Positions 48,001-56,877 of a stretch of 64,000 nt of DNA are shown in pieces. Numbering within the stretch: position 1 is the stretch's first letter; every line of letters starts with the position of its first letter. Location of the stretch: positions 1-64,000 of the IMG/VR virus record IMGVR_UViG_3300024308_000018, one strand, 5' to 3'. A model generated the notes under the pieces. It did not search any database. It was not told where the DNA came from and saw only the letters and a program-made list of their open reading frames with translations. Position numbers and translations under genes: made by a program.

Positions 48001-48804
48001 TTACGCGAAGGCGTGACCTTTGATGATTTCGGACAGCTTCTTGAAATACTCGGGAGCGTGACCGAACACACGACGGTAGTAGTCGAGCAGAGTCTTGCTG
48101 CTGTTGGCGGCAGCGCTCTCGCTCAGGTGCACGTCGGGGTACTTGATGTTGTCGCTGGGCAGTACCGCGATCACCGCTTCACGGCTCACGCTGAACACTT
48201 CGCCGTCCATGCTCTGAACAGCCAGCGCTTCTTGCCCGTCAGCGGACTTGCTCACGTAGGCGATGAAGCCAACGTCGACTTGCTTGTCGTCGCGCACGAA
48301 GGACACGATGTCGGAACCTTCAGCAGCGGACAGACTGGCAGCGAAGTTGGCGCACGCTTTACGCAGGATCGGGTCGCGGCCGATTTCAACAGCGATGTCG
48401 CTGGAGCAGGACTGCATCATATCCGCGAGTTCGGCCGGGTCTTCGCTCACGCTACGCACCAGCATTTGCTGATCGCCGGAGCTACGCAGAGCCCACAACT
48501 TCTCGTTGGCATCCATGAACATGTTGGAGGACAGCGCGGTCATGTTGCCAGCAGCGGTAGCAGGCAGCACTTCGTGGGCCGGGGCCATCATGGCACGGAA
48601 GATCGCTTCGTTGGCGCCACGCTCTTCCATCATTACGACAGAGCCGGGAATGGTGGACATGCGGTGGCCGCTGGCAGCAGACAGAGCAACCAGCATCTCG
48701 TCGGCGGACGACATGGAGGCAATGCCCTGCACGGTAGCGATCACGCTAACGATGTTGGAAGAGGAATGAGCAACTTCGGTATTCTTGATTTGAGCAGACA
48801 GCAT
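48001..48804 (-). CDS. Probable virion structural protein
   Basis: 267 aa, AGGAG RBS, followed by a hairpin; contains internal HLSESA. Confidence 0.55.
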   Translation of the reverse strand: MLSAQIKNTEVAHSSSNIVSVIATVQGIASMSSADEMLVALSAASGHRMSTIPGSVVMMEERGANEAIFRAMMAPAHEVLPATAAGNMTALSSNMFMDANEKLWALRSSGDQQMLVRSVSEDPAELADMMQSCSSDIAVEIGRDPILRKACANFAASLSAAEGSDIVSFVRDDKQVDVGFIAYVSKSADGQEALAVQSMDGEVFSVSREAVIAVLPSDNIKYPDVHLSESAAANSSKTLLDYYRRVFGHAPEYFKKLSEIIKGHAFA

Positions 48805-48818
48805 GGCTGTTCTCCTAG

Positions 48819-50000
48819 TTAACGTCTAAGTCCGTAATGGGCACGCATCCACATACGTTGTTGTCCGTGGATTGACGATGCACCATAGCGAGTTGTTGGT
48901 GATACAGTGACACCCAGAACACCCATCTTCTGCGCGCCGTCTACACGTTTGCCGCCAATGGAGCCGTCGCCCTCGAACGCGCCAGCACGCGCCAACAATT
49001 TCTTGTAGGGCATGACTATCGTGTTGAGCTGGCCTTCAAGGCGGCCGAGCGTTGCTTCAATGGCAGGCGTCCGATCCATGTTGAGGCTGACAGTCTGACC
49101 GCTAAAGTCAAACGCCAAGCTACCTTCAGCAAGGAACTGTGCACTCAGCGCGTGAATGCTTGCGCAGATTACCCACGAATCGAGAAGCGGGCCCTGCATG
49201 TTGGTTCCGGTGAAGTTGGTTGCTCGCGACGGCAGAGAGTTGAACATCGCGAGGCCCCGATACAGGTAGTTCATCAAATCAGATTCGACGTACTCCAACT
49301 CGGGAATCACGTTCTCCATCCGTGCACGGTCGATGAAGTTTTGCAGCATGCCCATCGCCACACCAATCTGCGGGTTCACTGTCCACAGAATGAATTGTGT
49401 GTTGCGCACCATGTTACCAGTGATCGGATTCACGGGGTCAATGCGTGCGCTCAGCGAGTATGGTGCCACGATAGGCGGCCAGCCACTGAGAGGCAGACGG
49501 TATACCGTCCGGTCAGACAGCTGGGCAACCAGCTCAACGTCGGAGTCGAGATTCGTGTAGCGTGCAATCACATCGTTGTTGAGTGACAGCGCCAGCTTCA
49601 CCTTGTCACCGTCGCGAATCACCCACGGCAGAACGACGTCGTAATAAACGGTCTCGCCGGGTTCATCGAAGTAGACACAGATGTCGGTGATACGCTTGCG
49701 GCTCTCTGGTTCGATCACAACCTGCTGCGACATGCGTTCGCGGCCTTGCTCGGTCTCGAATACCCAGACAACTGTCACCTCGATTTCATCTTCCAGCCCC
49801 ATTACCGGGTACGCAACGTCACACGTCCAAACACCCGGCGTCAAATCAGGAGCTGCGGATCCTTCGAAGAGGATTTCCCCGTCGCTGGTGATAGCGCGCA
49901 CCAGCGGGCCGGATCCGAAATCGGTAGGCTGCAACGGCAAGCCGTCATCGTCTACGAACTTTTGAGTGACTGGCAGGATCCCGCCTTCAGTTACCCGCAT
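48819..50000 (-). CDS. Putative neck/head-tail adaptor protein
   Basis: Beta-sandwich-like N-part and helical C-part (L..YL.RGL..FN..P...FDFSGQTVSLN.D), reminiscent of myovirus neck proteins. Start revised to 50000. Confidence 0.4.
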   Translation of the reverse strand: MRVTEGGILPVTQKFVDDDGLPLQPTDFGSGPLVRAITSDGEILFEGSAAPDLTPGVWTCDVAYPVMGLEDEIEVTVVWVFETEQGRERMSQQVVIEPESRKRITDICVYFDEPGETVYYDVVLPWVIRDGDKVKLALSLNNDVIARYTNLDSDVELVAQLSDRTVYRLPLSGWPPIVAPYSLSARIDPVNPITGNMVRNTQFILWTVNPQIGVAMGMLQNFIDRARMENVIPELEYVESDLMNYLYRGLAMFNSLPSRATNFTGTNMQGPLLDSWVICASIHALSAQFLAEGSLAFDFSGQTVSLNMDRTPAIEATLGRLEGQLNTIVMPYKKLLARAGAFEGDGSIGGKRVDGAQKMGVLGVTVSPTTRYGASSIHGQQRMWMRAHYGLRR

Positions 50001-51096
50001 TGTACGCCGCCTCAATCAGCTGAATGAGGGTTTTCATTGCGGGAAGCGTCACCAGACCTTGAGTCAGGCATTCGGCCGCCTCAAGGTTACGCATCTGCGC
50101 GATGGTATCCAGCAACCCTTGTTGCAGTGACGGGGTATTTGCACACCCAGCAATCACACGCATCATGAACATCGTGACGTAGCGTTCGGACTCCGCGTAA
50201 CGCTTCTCGTCGATGGGCACACCTTGCAGTGCACGCATGCGGGTGATCAGCGCAACGAGTTCGGGGGCCGGACGAATTGGAGCCACCAGATTCTTGATTG
50301 CAACGGACATCAGGGCCATCGCGGGCGCAAGGAACTGAGTCACCGACGTTTCGATCAGAGCACGTGCGCGGTCGCCGACACCGAAGCGGTAGACGTCATC
50401 ATCCAGATAGAGGCTCCAATACAGCGGGAACATGGCGGGCAATTCGCGCTGCCAGATCAGGTAGCTGTACTCGGCCCACACTTTCGGAACCATGATCCAC
50501 TCGGACACCGGAACGTTATCAACGATCTGACTCAGGGTAGTCGCAGCGTAAGCGCGGTTGGCGTAGATGTGGAAGTATTGGGGATCGCATTCGGTCTCCA
50601 ACACCATGCCGTTACGCAGCAGGTTCTTGGTTGCGGCACCCACTACATTGTAGAGAACGCGCAGCACAGGTTCAAGCAGCGTGGTGGCTTGGGTCTTTGC
50701 CAGCTCGGTGCGCGGCACAAACACGGTGGCAAACTTGGTGCGGCTATCGCCCCAGATTACCAGACCGCGACCGCGACTGTCTTCCGGCGTAGGCCAGACA
50801 AACTTGCTCTTGCCTTTGATGGGCTTGAGTGCGAAGGTGAACGCGATACCCGCATCTTGCGTCACAATCTGAGGCGCATCTTCAATGTAGCCGATACTGA
50901 TTTGGTTCGGCGCATAGAACATGTTGATCAGCGTGAAGTCGATTGCGAATGGTGCGAGCAGGGATCCGGCAGCACTGGATTTCAACGTGGAGAGCACAGA
51001 CCCGAGGATCGGCCCTACACGATCAACGCCGGAGATGTTGTCCTGAAAGAACGACATCCCCGCGCTGGGTGCAGTTTTGAATGTGGTTTTCCACAT
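49987..51096 (-). CDS. Hypothetical protein
   Basis: 369 aa, GGAG RBS. Confidence 0.7.
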   Translation of the reverse strand: MWKTTFKTAPSAGMSFFQDNISGVDRVGPILGSVLSTLKSSAAGSLLAPFAIDFTLINMFYAPNQISIGYIEDAPQIVTQDAGIAFTFALKPIKGKSKFVWPTPEDSRGRGLVIWGDSRTKFATVFVPRTELAKTQATTLLEPVLRVLYNVVGAATKNLLRNGMVLETECDPQYFHIYANRAYAATTLSQIVDNVPVSEWIMVPKVWAEYSYLIWQRELPAMFPLYWSLYLDDDVYRFGVGDRARALIETSVTQFLAPAMALMSVAIKNLVAPIRPAPELVALITRMRALQGVPIDEKRYAESERYVTMFMMRVIAGCANTPSLQQGLLDTIAQMRNLEAAECLTQGLVTLPAMKTLIQLIEAAYNAGN

Positions 51097-51107
51097 AGAG
51101 CACTCCC

Positions 51108-52409
51108 TTACTTCATGGCGGCAACGAGATTGCGACGTTGGCTTTCATCCATGCCCAGCAGGCTGGCGACTTCGTTGATCTTCTGAAGCGTCATCGAGCC
51201 AGCCTTGGAACCGCGCGTCGGCAGGATACTGAATTCCAGCCACTCACGACCTTGCTGCCCGCGAACAACCTTGTAGGTGATCGCGTTGTTCTTGCGTTGG
51301 CTGGTCATGCCGCCGCTATACATGCTGCTGACAATGGCAACGACTTCGTTGATTGCTGCGGCGCGTTCGCGGGGGCTCATGCCCTTGACCAGACGCACGA
51401 AGATCTTGTGGTTCGAGACGCGCACGCCGTCGATGATCTGCACGTCTTTGCCGTTGATGTTGTGGGTCTTGAGGCCGAGCGCAGTTGCTTTACGCATGTG
51501 GTCGGTGCTACGCCCAACAGGACGACGGTCGCCAAACGCCGGAGTACCGTCAATCGCGAGCAGGCGGTTAACGGACGCTTTCAGCTGCGGCAGCGACTTG
51601 AACTCGGAACCGAACGGGAAGGTGCCCGGCGCTTTGCTGTCAACCAGACTGGTGATGAAGCGTGCGGTCTTGCCCGTCATGGTATTCAGGGAGCTGGTGA
51701 TCACCATGATGTACGTGGGGTACGTGTACCCGTCATCGCTGGTGAAATCCGCAACCGTGATATACGACTGGTAGTTAACGAGGGAGCCGCTGCTGCCTGC
51801 AATGTAGTGCACCAGAGAGATCTTGGTGTAGCGATCTTTCTCGATGGTGGACTTCAGGTAGCGACCGACAGAAGCCGCGAGGCTCTGGTGTTCTGCGGGA
51901 ACTTCGTCTTTCGCTGCTTGCGACAACTTGAACCAGCGGTCGCGAATGATAGTAGCTTCCTTGATGGTTGCGGCTACCGATGCAGCGGTGTCCTTGGCCG
52001 TCTTCATCTTGCTGAAGTTGGGGGACATGAGCAGTTGATACGCTGCGTTCAACTCAGTGATTGTCTGGTTGAGGATCGCAAGGTTGCGGGCAGCGCGGGC
52101 ACGGGATTGTGCGGTGTCGAGTTTGAGACCTTCGAGATCGGTAACGTCGTCGAGCACCGGGTGCGCAGCACGCGCAGGACGAACAGGCTGCTTGGAGACA
52201 AGCGTGCCTGACTCAATCTCCGCCGATGCAGAATTCAACTTGGCACGCACCTTCAGAGAAGAAGGGCGCTGCTTCAAGTCCAGCACTGCGTCGAGTTCGG
52301 TTTGCATGGAACTGACGGAAGTGATTAGCGGACTGACGTGCGCCCTCAACTCAGTAACGGTGCGACTGGCAGTTATCTTCTGCAACGTTGCACTTGGTTG
52401 ATTGGACAT
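51108..52409 (-). CDS. Probable virion structural protein
   Basis: Start revised to 52409 (GGGAG RBS), directly behind a TAATTT motif; contains internal LNSASA. Confidence 0.55.
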   Translation of the reverse strand: MSNQPSATLQKITASRTVTELRAHVSPLITSVSSMQTELDAVLDLKQRPSSLKVRAKLNSASAEIESGTLVSKQPVRPARAAHPVLDDVTDLEGLKLDTAQSRARAARNLAILNQTITELNAAYQLLMSPNFSKMKTAKDTAASVAATIKEATIIRDRWFKLSQAAKDEVPAEHQSLAASVGRYLKSTIEKDRYTKISLVHYIAGSSGSLVNYQSYITVADFTSDDGYTYPTYIMVITSSLNTMTGKTARFITSLVDSKAPGTFPFGSEFKSLPQLKASVNRLLAIDGTPAFGDRRPVGRSTDHMRKATALGLKTHNINGKDVQIIDGVRVSNHKIFVRLVKGMSPRERAAAINEVVAIVSSMYSGGMTSQRKNNAITYKVVRGQQGREWLEFSILPTRGSKAGSMTLQKINEVASLLGMDESQRRNLVAAMK

Positions 52410-52436
52410 TCTGGGAACTCCCTTGGCTGTGACAAC

Positions 52437-52487
52437 GTAAATTATTGAGCAAGTCACAGTAGCCTTGCATACACGTTCTGTTTACAG
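52437..52487 (-). promoter_or_regulatory. Tandem putative promoters: CTGTAAAC (52480-52487) and ATAATTTAC (52437-52445)
   Basis: Both recurring motifs occur in one intergenic region downstream of a terminator. Confidence 0.6.
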
Positions 52488-52522
52488 AATCCGCGAACGC
52501 ATTTCGGTGGATTTTGAATGTG

Positions 52523-52549
52523 AAAAAGGGAGCACGAGGCTCCCTTTTT
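52523..52549. terminator. Bidirectional rho-independent terminator
   Basis: aaaaagggagc-acgag-gctcccttttt. Confidence 0.9.
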
Positions 52550-52570
52550 GGTTCGCACTAGACCGGAAGG

Positions 52571-53227
52571 TTAGGCGGCTTTCGGGCCGGACTTCTTGCG
52601 GGTCTTGGCGGCTTGCTTGCCAGCGGCCTTGTCTTCGGCAGCCGGAGCATGCTTCACTTTCGGCTTGTAGGTGATCTTGCCGTTTTCCAGACGCGGCATC
52701 GGCTTCAGCTTCGGCTTCTTCGGAGTGTAGACCGGAGCGGTGACCTTCGGAGTCACAACCTTGCCATCTTTCAGCACCGGCTTCTTGGCCTTCATGTACT
52801 TGAGGCGGGCTTCGTTACGCGCCTTGATGTTGGCGTCAGTGGCGTTCTGACGAGCCTTCAGGTTGACGTTCTGAACAGCCTTGCGCTTCTCTTGCAGAGT
52901 TTTCTGCAAGCTGGCGGTCTTCTCGGCTTTGGCGACGGCAGCGTCGTGAGCCTTCAGACGCTCGGCCAGCTGGGCGGAAGCGTCTTTCTTGGTTACGCCA
53001 GCCTTCTGGCCGTTCTTGCGCTCTTCCAGAACGTTGCGACGCTTCTTGTTGAAGTCCTTGTCGGCAGCGGTCAGATCTTTGTTGGCTTTCGGAGCGCGCT
53101 TCGGCTTCGGAGACGCGGCCGGAGTAGCCGGAGCTTTGGTGCCCTGCTTGCGCTGTACGGTAGCAGAGGTGGAACCCATTTTCGGGTCGTGAACGCTTTT
53201 CAGCTTACGTTTGATGGGCTTGGCCAT
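52571..53227 (-). CDS. Lys/Ala-rich histone H1-like basic protein
   Basis: Start revised to 53227. Extremely K/A/P-rich; monocistronic between a TAATTT motif and a strong terminator. Confidence 0.7.
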   Translation of the reverse strand: MAKPIKRKLKSVHDPKMGSTSATVQRKQGTKAPATPAASPKPKRAPKANKDLTAADKDFNKKRRNVLEERKNGQKAGVTKKDASAQLAERLKAHDAAVAKAEKTASLQKTLQEKRKAVQNVNLKARQNATDANIKARNEARLKYMKAKKPVLKDGKVVTPKVTAPVYTPKKPKLKPMPRLENGKITYKPKVKHAPAAEDKAAGKQAAKTRKKSGPKAA

Positions 53228-53275
53228 GATAGTGATTCCTGTAGTGATGCCGATTTCGGCGGTTACCTTTTGCAT

Positions 53276-53287
53276 GTAAAAATTAGT
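53276..53287 (-). promoter_or_regulatory. Putative late promoter (ACTAATTTTTAC)
   Basis: TAATTT core in AT-rich intergenic DNA upstream of the basic protein. Confidence 0.55.
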
Positions 53288-53310
53288 ATTGAATACAAAA
53301 TTTCTTCACG

Positions 53311-54357
53311 CTATGAATAACCAATTTCAGAGAGGGCTGTTTTTAGCAGGCGTCCGCAACTTTTGATTTCGTCTTTCGAAAGTCCAGCCGAAACCAAGTG
53401 TCGCTTCAAACCTTTGCGCGGGTGCATTGCGGTTGACGCAATCTTCACTTCCAACGTTCCATGTTCTTCAATTTGCTGCAACGTATGTTTCGCAACGCCT
53501 TTCAGTTGTGCAATGTTGGGATAGCGAATCCGCAAGTCAGCTGGCACTACAACTCCCTCTTCAATGAAGAGGCGATAACGTAGGTACTTGTTTTCCACAA
53601 GTGAGCTGAAATCCTGCTGCTCTGAAATTATCTTCGTTTCAAGAATAAACTTCGGAGTGTTTGGCACAAACTTATGGGAAATATTTAACTTCGATTTCGC
53701 ATAGTATGCTTTGAACTCCAAGAAACCTTTCGGCAAACTTTCACCGAACGTTTTCTGGTATGGCGAACCATTGATGATCATTCTTCGTTTCAACAATTCT
53801 TGGTACAGGTGAATGTGCCCGCCAATTGTGAAGTCACGATCATTGACTGTGATGTCATGCGAAGTTCGCAACGGATGTCCGTTGTCACCGCGCGCACCAA
53901 CAACGTCACAGTGCACAAAGTTCAAACATGGTTTCTTGTGCGGTATGCTTTCCTTTGCCGGATGCGGCAGGAAGTTTACAACGACACCGCCAATCACAAG
54001 TTGCTCAGGCTCCAGAAACACGTGGAACGTTTTCAGGAAATCCCATTCGCAGAACTGCGAGATCAAATCCATCGACGTGTGCTTTGCATCAGCACGGTCA
54101 TGGTTGCCGCCGATGTAGTAAGTGTTGATCTTGCCATCATACTTAATGAGCAAGGCGAGCAACTTACGTTTGGTCTCGTCCGTCATTGTCGACGTGTCGG
54201 TGATGTCACCGGGAACGAAAACGTGGTTGATGCCTTGCTCCAACGCGTAAAGATAAATCTTGTCAATCTCGGCCAGCTGTAGGTCAACTCCCTCGGGGCC
54301 GAAATGCTTGTTCATTGCTTCAAGGTGCCAGTCACTGGTCGAGATTGCGTGCAACAT
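53311..54357 (-). CDS. sbcD: SbcD/Mre11-like (gp47-like) nuclease
   Basis: Metallophosphoesterase motifs SDWH, PGDI, GNHD, H, GHIH and GSPYQ..FGE. Confidence 0.88.
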   Translation of the reverse strand: MLHAISTSDWHLEAMNKHFGPEGVDLQLAEIDKIYLYALEQGINHVFVPGDITDTSTMTDETKRKLLALLIKYDGKINTYYIGGNHDRADAKHTSMDLISQFCEWDFLKTFHVFLEPEQLVIGGVVVNFLPHPAKESIPHKKPCLNFVHCDVVGARGDNGHPLRTSHDITVNDRDFTIGGHIHLYQELLKRRMIINGSPYQKTFGESLPKGFLEFKAYYAKSKLNISHKFVPNTPKFILETKIISEQQDFSSLVENKYLRYRLFIEEGVVVPADLRIRYPNIAQLKGVAKHTLQQIEEHGTLEVKIASTAMHPRKGLKRHLVSAGLSKDEIKSCGRLLKTALSEIGYS

Positions 54358-54362
54358 TGGTC

Positions 54363-54854
54363 TTATCTCAGGTAGGTGTTGATGTAATGGGGACGTACAG
54401 GTTGCTTACCCTTGATGTCGTTCACGGTTGCGGGTTCGCAGTAACGTTGGAAGGACATCAGCACGCAGTAGTCAGCCATCGTTCCGGATACTGACGCTTT
54501 GCAGAATTGCTGCCACTGGTTCGCTTGCACCAACTGCGCTTCCGTGCAGACAGTCAGCAACGGGACGTTCACGTTCGCGAGTCGGGTATCCGCATCTTGG
54601 TCTGCGACAGAAACTGTCTGCGCACTTGCTTGAGTTGCTGCCGTAGTTGCGATCACTGCTGCCGTTGCCAGCAGTGCAGCGTTGGTGCCACTGTTGGATT
54701 TTGCAACGTTGTTAACCTGCACTGGCTTTGCCGCTTGTACCGGAACCGGACGACTGATGGTAATCGGTCGGCTGATAGACACAGGGCGCGACACGACGGC
54801 GGCACCCGCAGTTGCGGACAGGAGAAGAACGGCGGCGACAACAAACTTTTTCAT
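54363..54854 (-). CDS. Secreted/periplasmic protein with a signal peptide
   Basis: Start revised to 54854 (GGAG RBS). MKKFVVAAVLLLSATAGA signal peptide; four Cys in the C-domain. Confidence 0.7.
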   Translation of the reverse strand: MKKFVVAAVLLLSATAGAAVVSRPVSISRPITISRPVPVQAAKPVQVNNVAKSNSGTNAALLATAAVIATTAATQASAQTVSVADQDADTRLANVNVPLLTVCTEAQLVQANQWQQFCKASVSGTMADYCVLMSFQRYCEPATVNDIKGKQPVRPHYINTYLR

Positions 54855-54867
54855 ATGGGCTCCAGAA

Positions 54868-54914
54868 AGTAGAAGAGGACGAACACCACTTGGCATCCGT
54901 CCTCTCGTTTACAG
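54868..54914 (-). promoter_or_regulatory. CTGTAAAC motif abutting a terminator-like hairpin
   Basis: CTGTAAAC (54907-54914) followed by gagaggacgga...ttcgtcctcttctacttt. Confidence 0.55.
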
Positions 54915-54915
54915 T

Positions 54916-56874
54916 TTAGCCGAGCACTGGTGTGAAGTGCGAAAGGAACCACTCACGTCCGCCAGTGATTGCCTTGTCGCCACACAGAACAACGTAGTTG
55001 TCCGTCTGCACCACAAAGTCGGAGATGCTGCCTTCACTGTTGTAGATAGTCAGACCGTTGCGGCCGTAGCACACGGTAGACTTCTGGCAACGTTGCGCGG
55101 CTGCAACGATGACGCCAGCGACAGCGGGGGAGCCATCGTAGATATAGGCGATTGCGGTTTCGCCTTCCTTGTCGATAACATGGAACGGGCCATTGTCTAC
55201 GGCTTCATCCTGCTCGACCGGATCGGTGTTGCCGTCGAAGGCCATGTCGTACTCTTTGCGCACCGAGTCTTCGCTCATGACGCGGAAGTGGCCGTTGCCG
55301 ACGTGCACGATGTAGTCACCAACGTTGATCGGAGTCAGCGGGAATTCGCCGTCCCACTTGAGTGCGATGGAGTCGGTGGCCGGAGTTTTGTCATACACGA
55401 TGCGGCAGATGTCGGTGCTGTTGTTCACCCACTCGACAACTTGGTCTGCGCTCTCCACGGTGCCATCGAAACGGGCCATGTCGTGGTAAGCGGCGCGGCG
55501 GCGAACGTTGAACACACCACGGAAGAGATGCGCGTTGCTCTGCGCTGCAATAAACTGGTCGAGACCTTCGAGAGGCAGCGAGTCCCGCACAGGCTTACGT
55601 ACCTGCTCGGCCACGTCACCTACTTGCGATGGAGAGTTGATCTGTACCAGACGACGGCCATTTTTCTTGTCGCCATTGATCAGGTCGATGCGCACGCCGG
55701 GAACAAAGGCGAGAGCTTCAGCAACCTCGTCACCTTGCTGCGTCGTAACCTGCACCACGCAACCGACGCCCGGAATTTCCATGGCCTTCGTGCTCTTCAT
55801 CCAGCCTTCGTCCTCGCTGCTGGCCTTACAGATCAACTTGAAGGTATCACCATCGCCGTAGATCTGAATGTCGCGAACGTTGTCGCGTGCACCGCTGACC
55901 GAGCTGTTGTGCAGGGTCTTGCCACCTTTCTTTTCTTTCTTTTCTTTCTTCACTTTCTTTGCCTTGTCCGCCATGATGTCTTCCTCGTTTACTTCGATGT
56001 AGGTTGCTTGAAAGTCCGACGCCGTTACAACTTCGATCTTGCTGTAGTCGGTGCCGAGGTCGTGGGCAACGATGTAATCGCCAACGTTGACCGGAGTTTG
56101 ATTACCCATTACGTTGAGCACCAGCCCCAGACTGTTGGACAGGAACTTGGACTGTGCGCGCTTGCTGTAAATCTGATCCAATATACGGAAGCGACAGCGG
56201 GCAGTCCCATCGTAGACGAGGGCCAAGCTGTTGGTCACCACCATACTCGCGCGCTCACGGATGTGCTTCATCTCGTAGCTCAGGAATTTCGGGAGCGCAC
56301 CTTCTTCGACCACTGAGAGTACGCCATCGGCATCGACACGCACTGTCCGCCCTTCAGCGATTGTGATACTACCATTGCTGTCGGTCAGTACCACGTAGCC
56401 ATCGTGTGTCAGCCGGAAAGCCTTACCGAACTCGCTGGCGTAGATGCGCAGGATCTCCAACGAAGGCAAGCCGCTGTACTTCATGAAGAACGAATAGTCT
56501 TCAGTGTTGCAGCGCTTGGCACACGGGTGATAGTCCAGCATGTTCTTGAGCTTCAATACAGTATGGCGCTTGTCAATCTCATAGAGCTTGAGGAACGTCT
56601 CGGTGTTGAAGTAGATGATGTGCGGCGAGTCATCAGGGGCGTGCGTTATCGCCACGTAGTTGTTGAATGGGATTTTCTGCATGTCGCCGTGAGGGGTCGT
56701 GATGAACTTGATCCCGTCGAGTTCCTTGAACCCAACGGGGAATCCATGACACGCCAGAAACTCCGTCACTTCCGAAATGCTTTCCGGTTGGTTGAGGAAT
56801 CTGAAGAAGACGCCGACGTCAGGGGCGGCACCGACTGCACCATTGCGCAGTTTCACTTCTACCTTGTGGTACAT
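54916..56874 (-). CDS. Multidomain protein: about 5 divergent GDY-type repeats plus an inserted conserved phage domain
   Basis: P(V/I)NVGDYIV occurs twice exactly and three weaker copies end in F...Y. Central KASS..EGWMKSTKAMEI.G.GC.VQVTTQQ domain. Confidence 0.65.
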   Translation of the reverse strand: MYHKVEVKLRNGAVGAAPDVGVFFRFLNQPESISEVTEFLACHGFPVGFKELDGIKFITTPHGDMQKIPFNNYVAITHAPDDSPHIIYFNTETFLKLYEIDKRHTVLKLKNMLDYHPCAKRCNTEDYSFFMKYSGLPSLEILRIYASEFGKAFRLTHDGYVVLTDSNGSITIAEGRTVRVDADGVLSVVEEGALPKFLSYEMKHIRERASMVVTNSLALVYDGTARCRFRILDQIYSKRAQSKFLSNSLGLVLNVMGNQTPVNVGDYIVAHDLGTDYSKIEVVTASDFQATYIEVNEEDIMADKAKKVKKEKKEKKGGKTLHNSSVSGARDNVRDIQIYGDGDTFKLICKASSEDEGWMKSTKAMEIPGVGCVVQVTTQQGDEVAEALAFVPGVRIDLINGDKKNGRRLVQINSPSQVGDVAEQVRKPVRDSLPLEGLDQFIAAQSNAHLFRGVFNVRRRAAYHDMARFDGTVESADQVVEWVNNSTDICRIVYDKTPATDSIALKWDGEFPLTPINVGDYIVHVGNGHFRVMSEDSVRKEYDMAFDGNTDPVEQDEAVDNGPFHVIDKEGETAIAYIYDGSPAVAGVIVAAAQRCQKSTVCYGRNGLTIYNSEGSISDFVVQTDNYVVLCGDKAITGGREWFLSHFTPVLG

Positions 56875-56877
56875 TTC

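Noticed and set aside
54330-54357. MLHAISTSD at the SbcD start as a capsid tag
   Set aside because: These residues form the first strand and DxH metal-binding motif of the nuclease, so the resemblance is coincidental.
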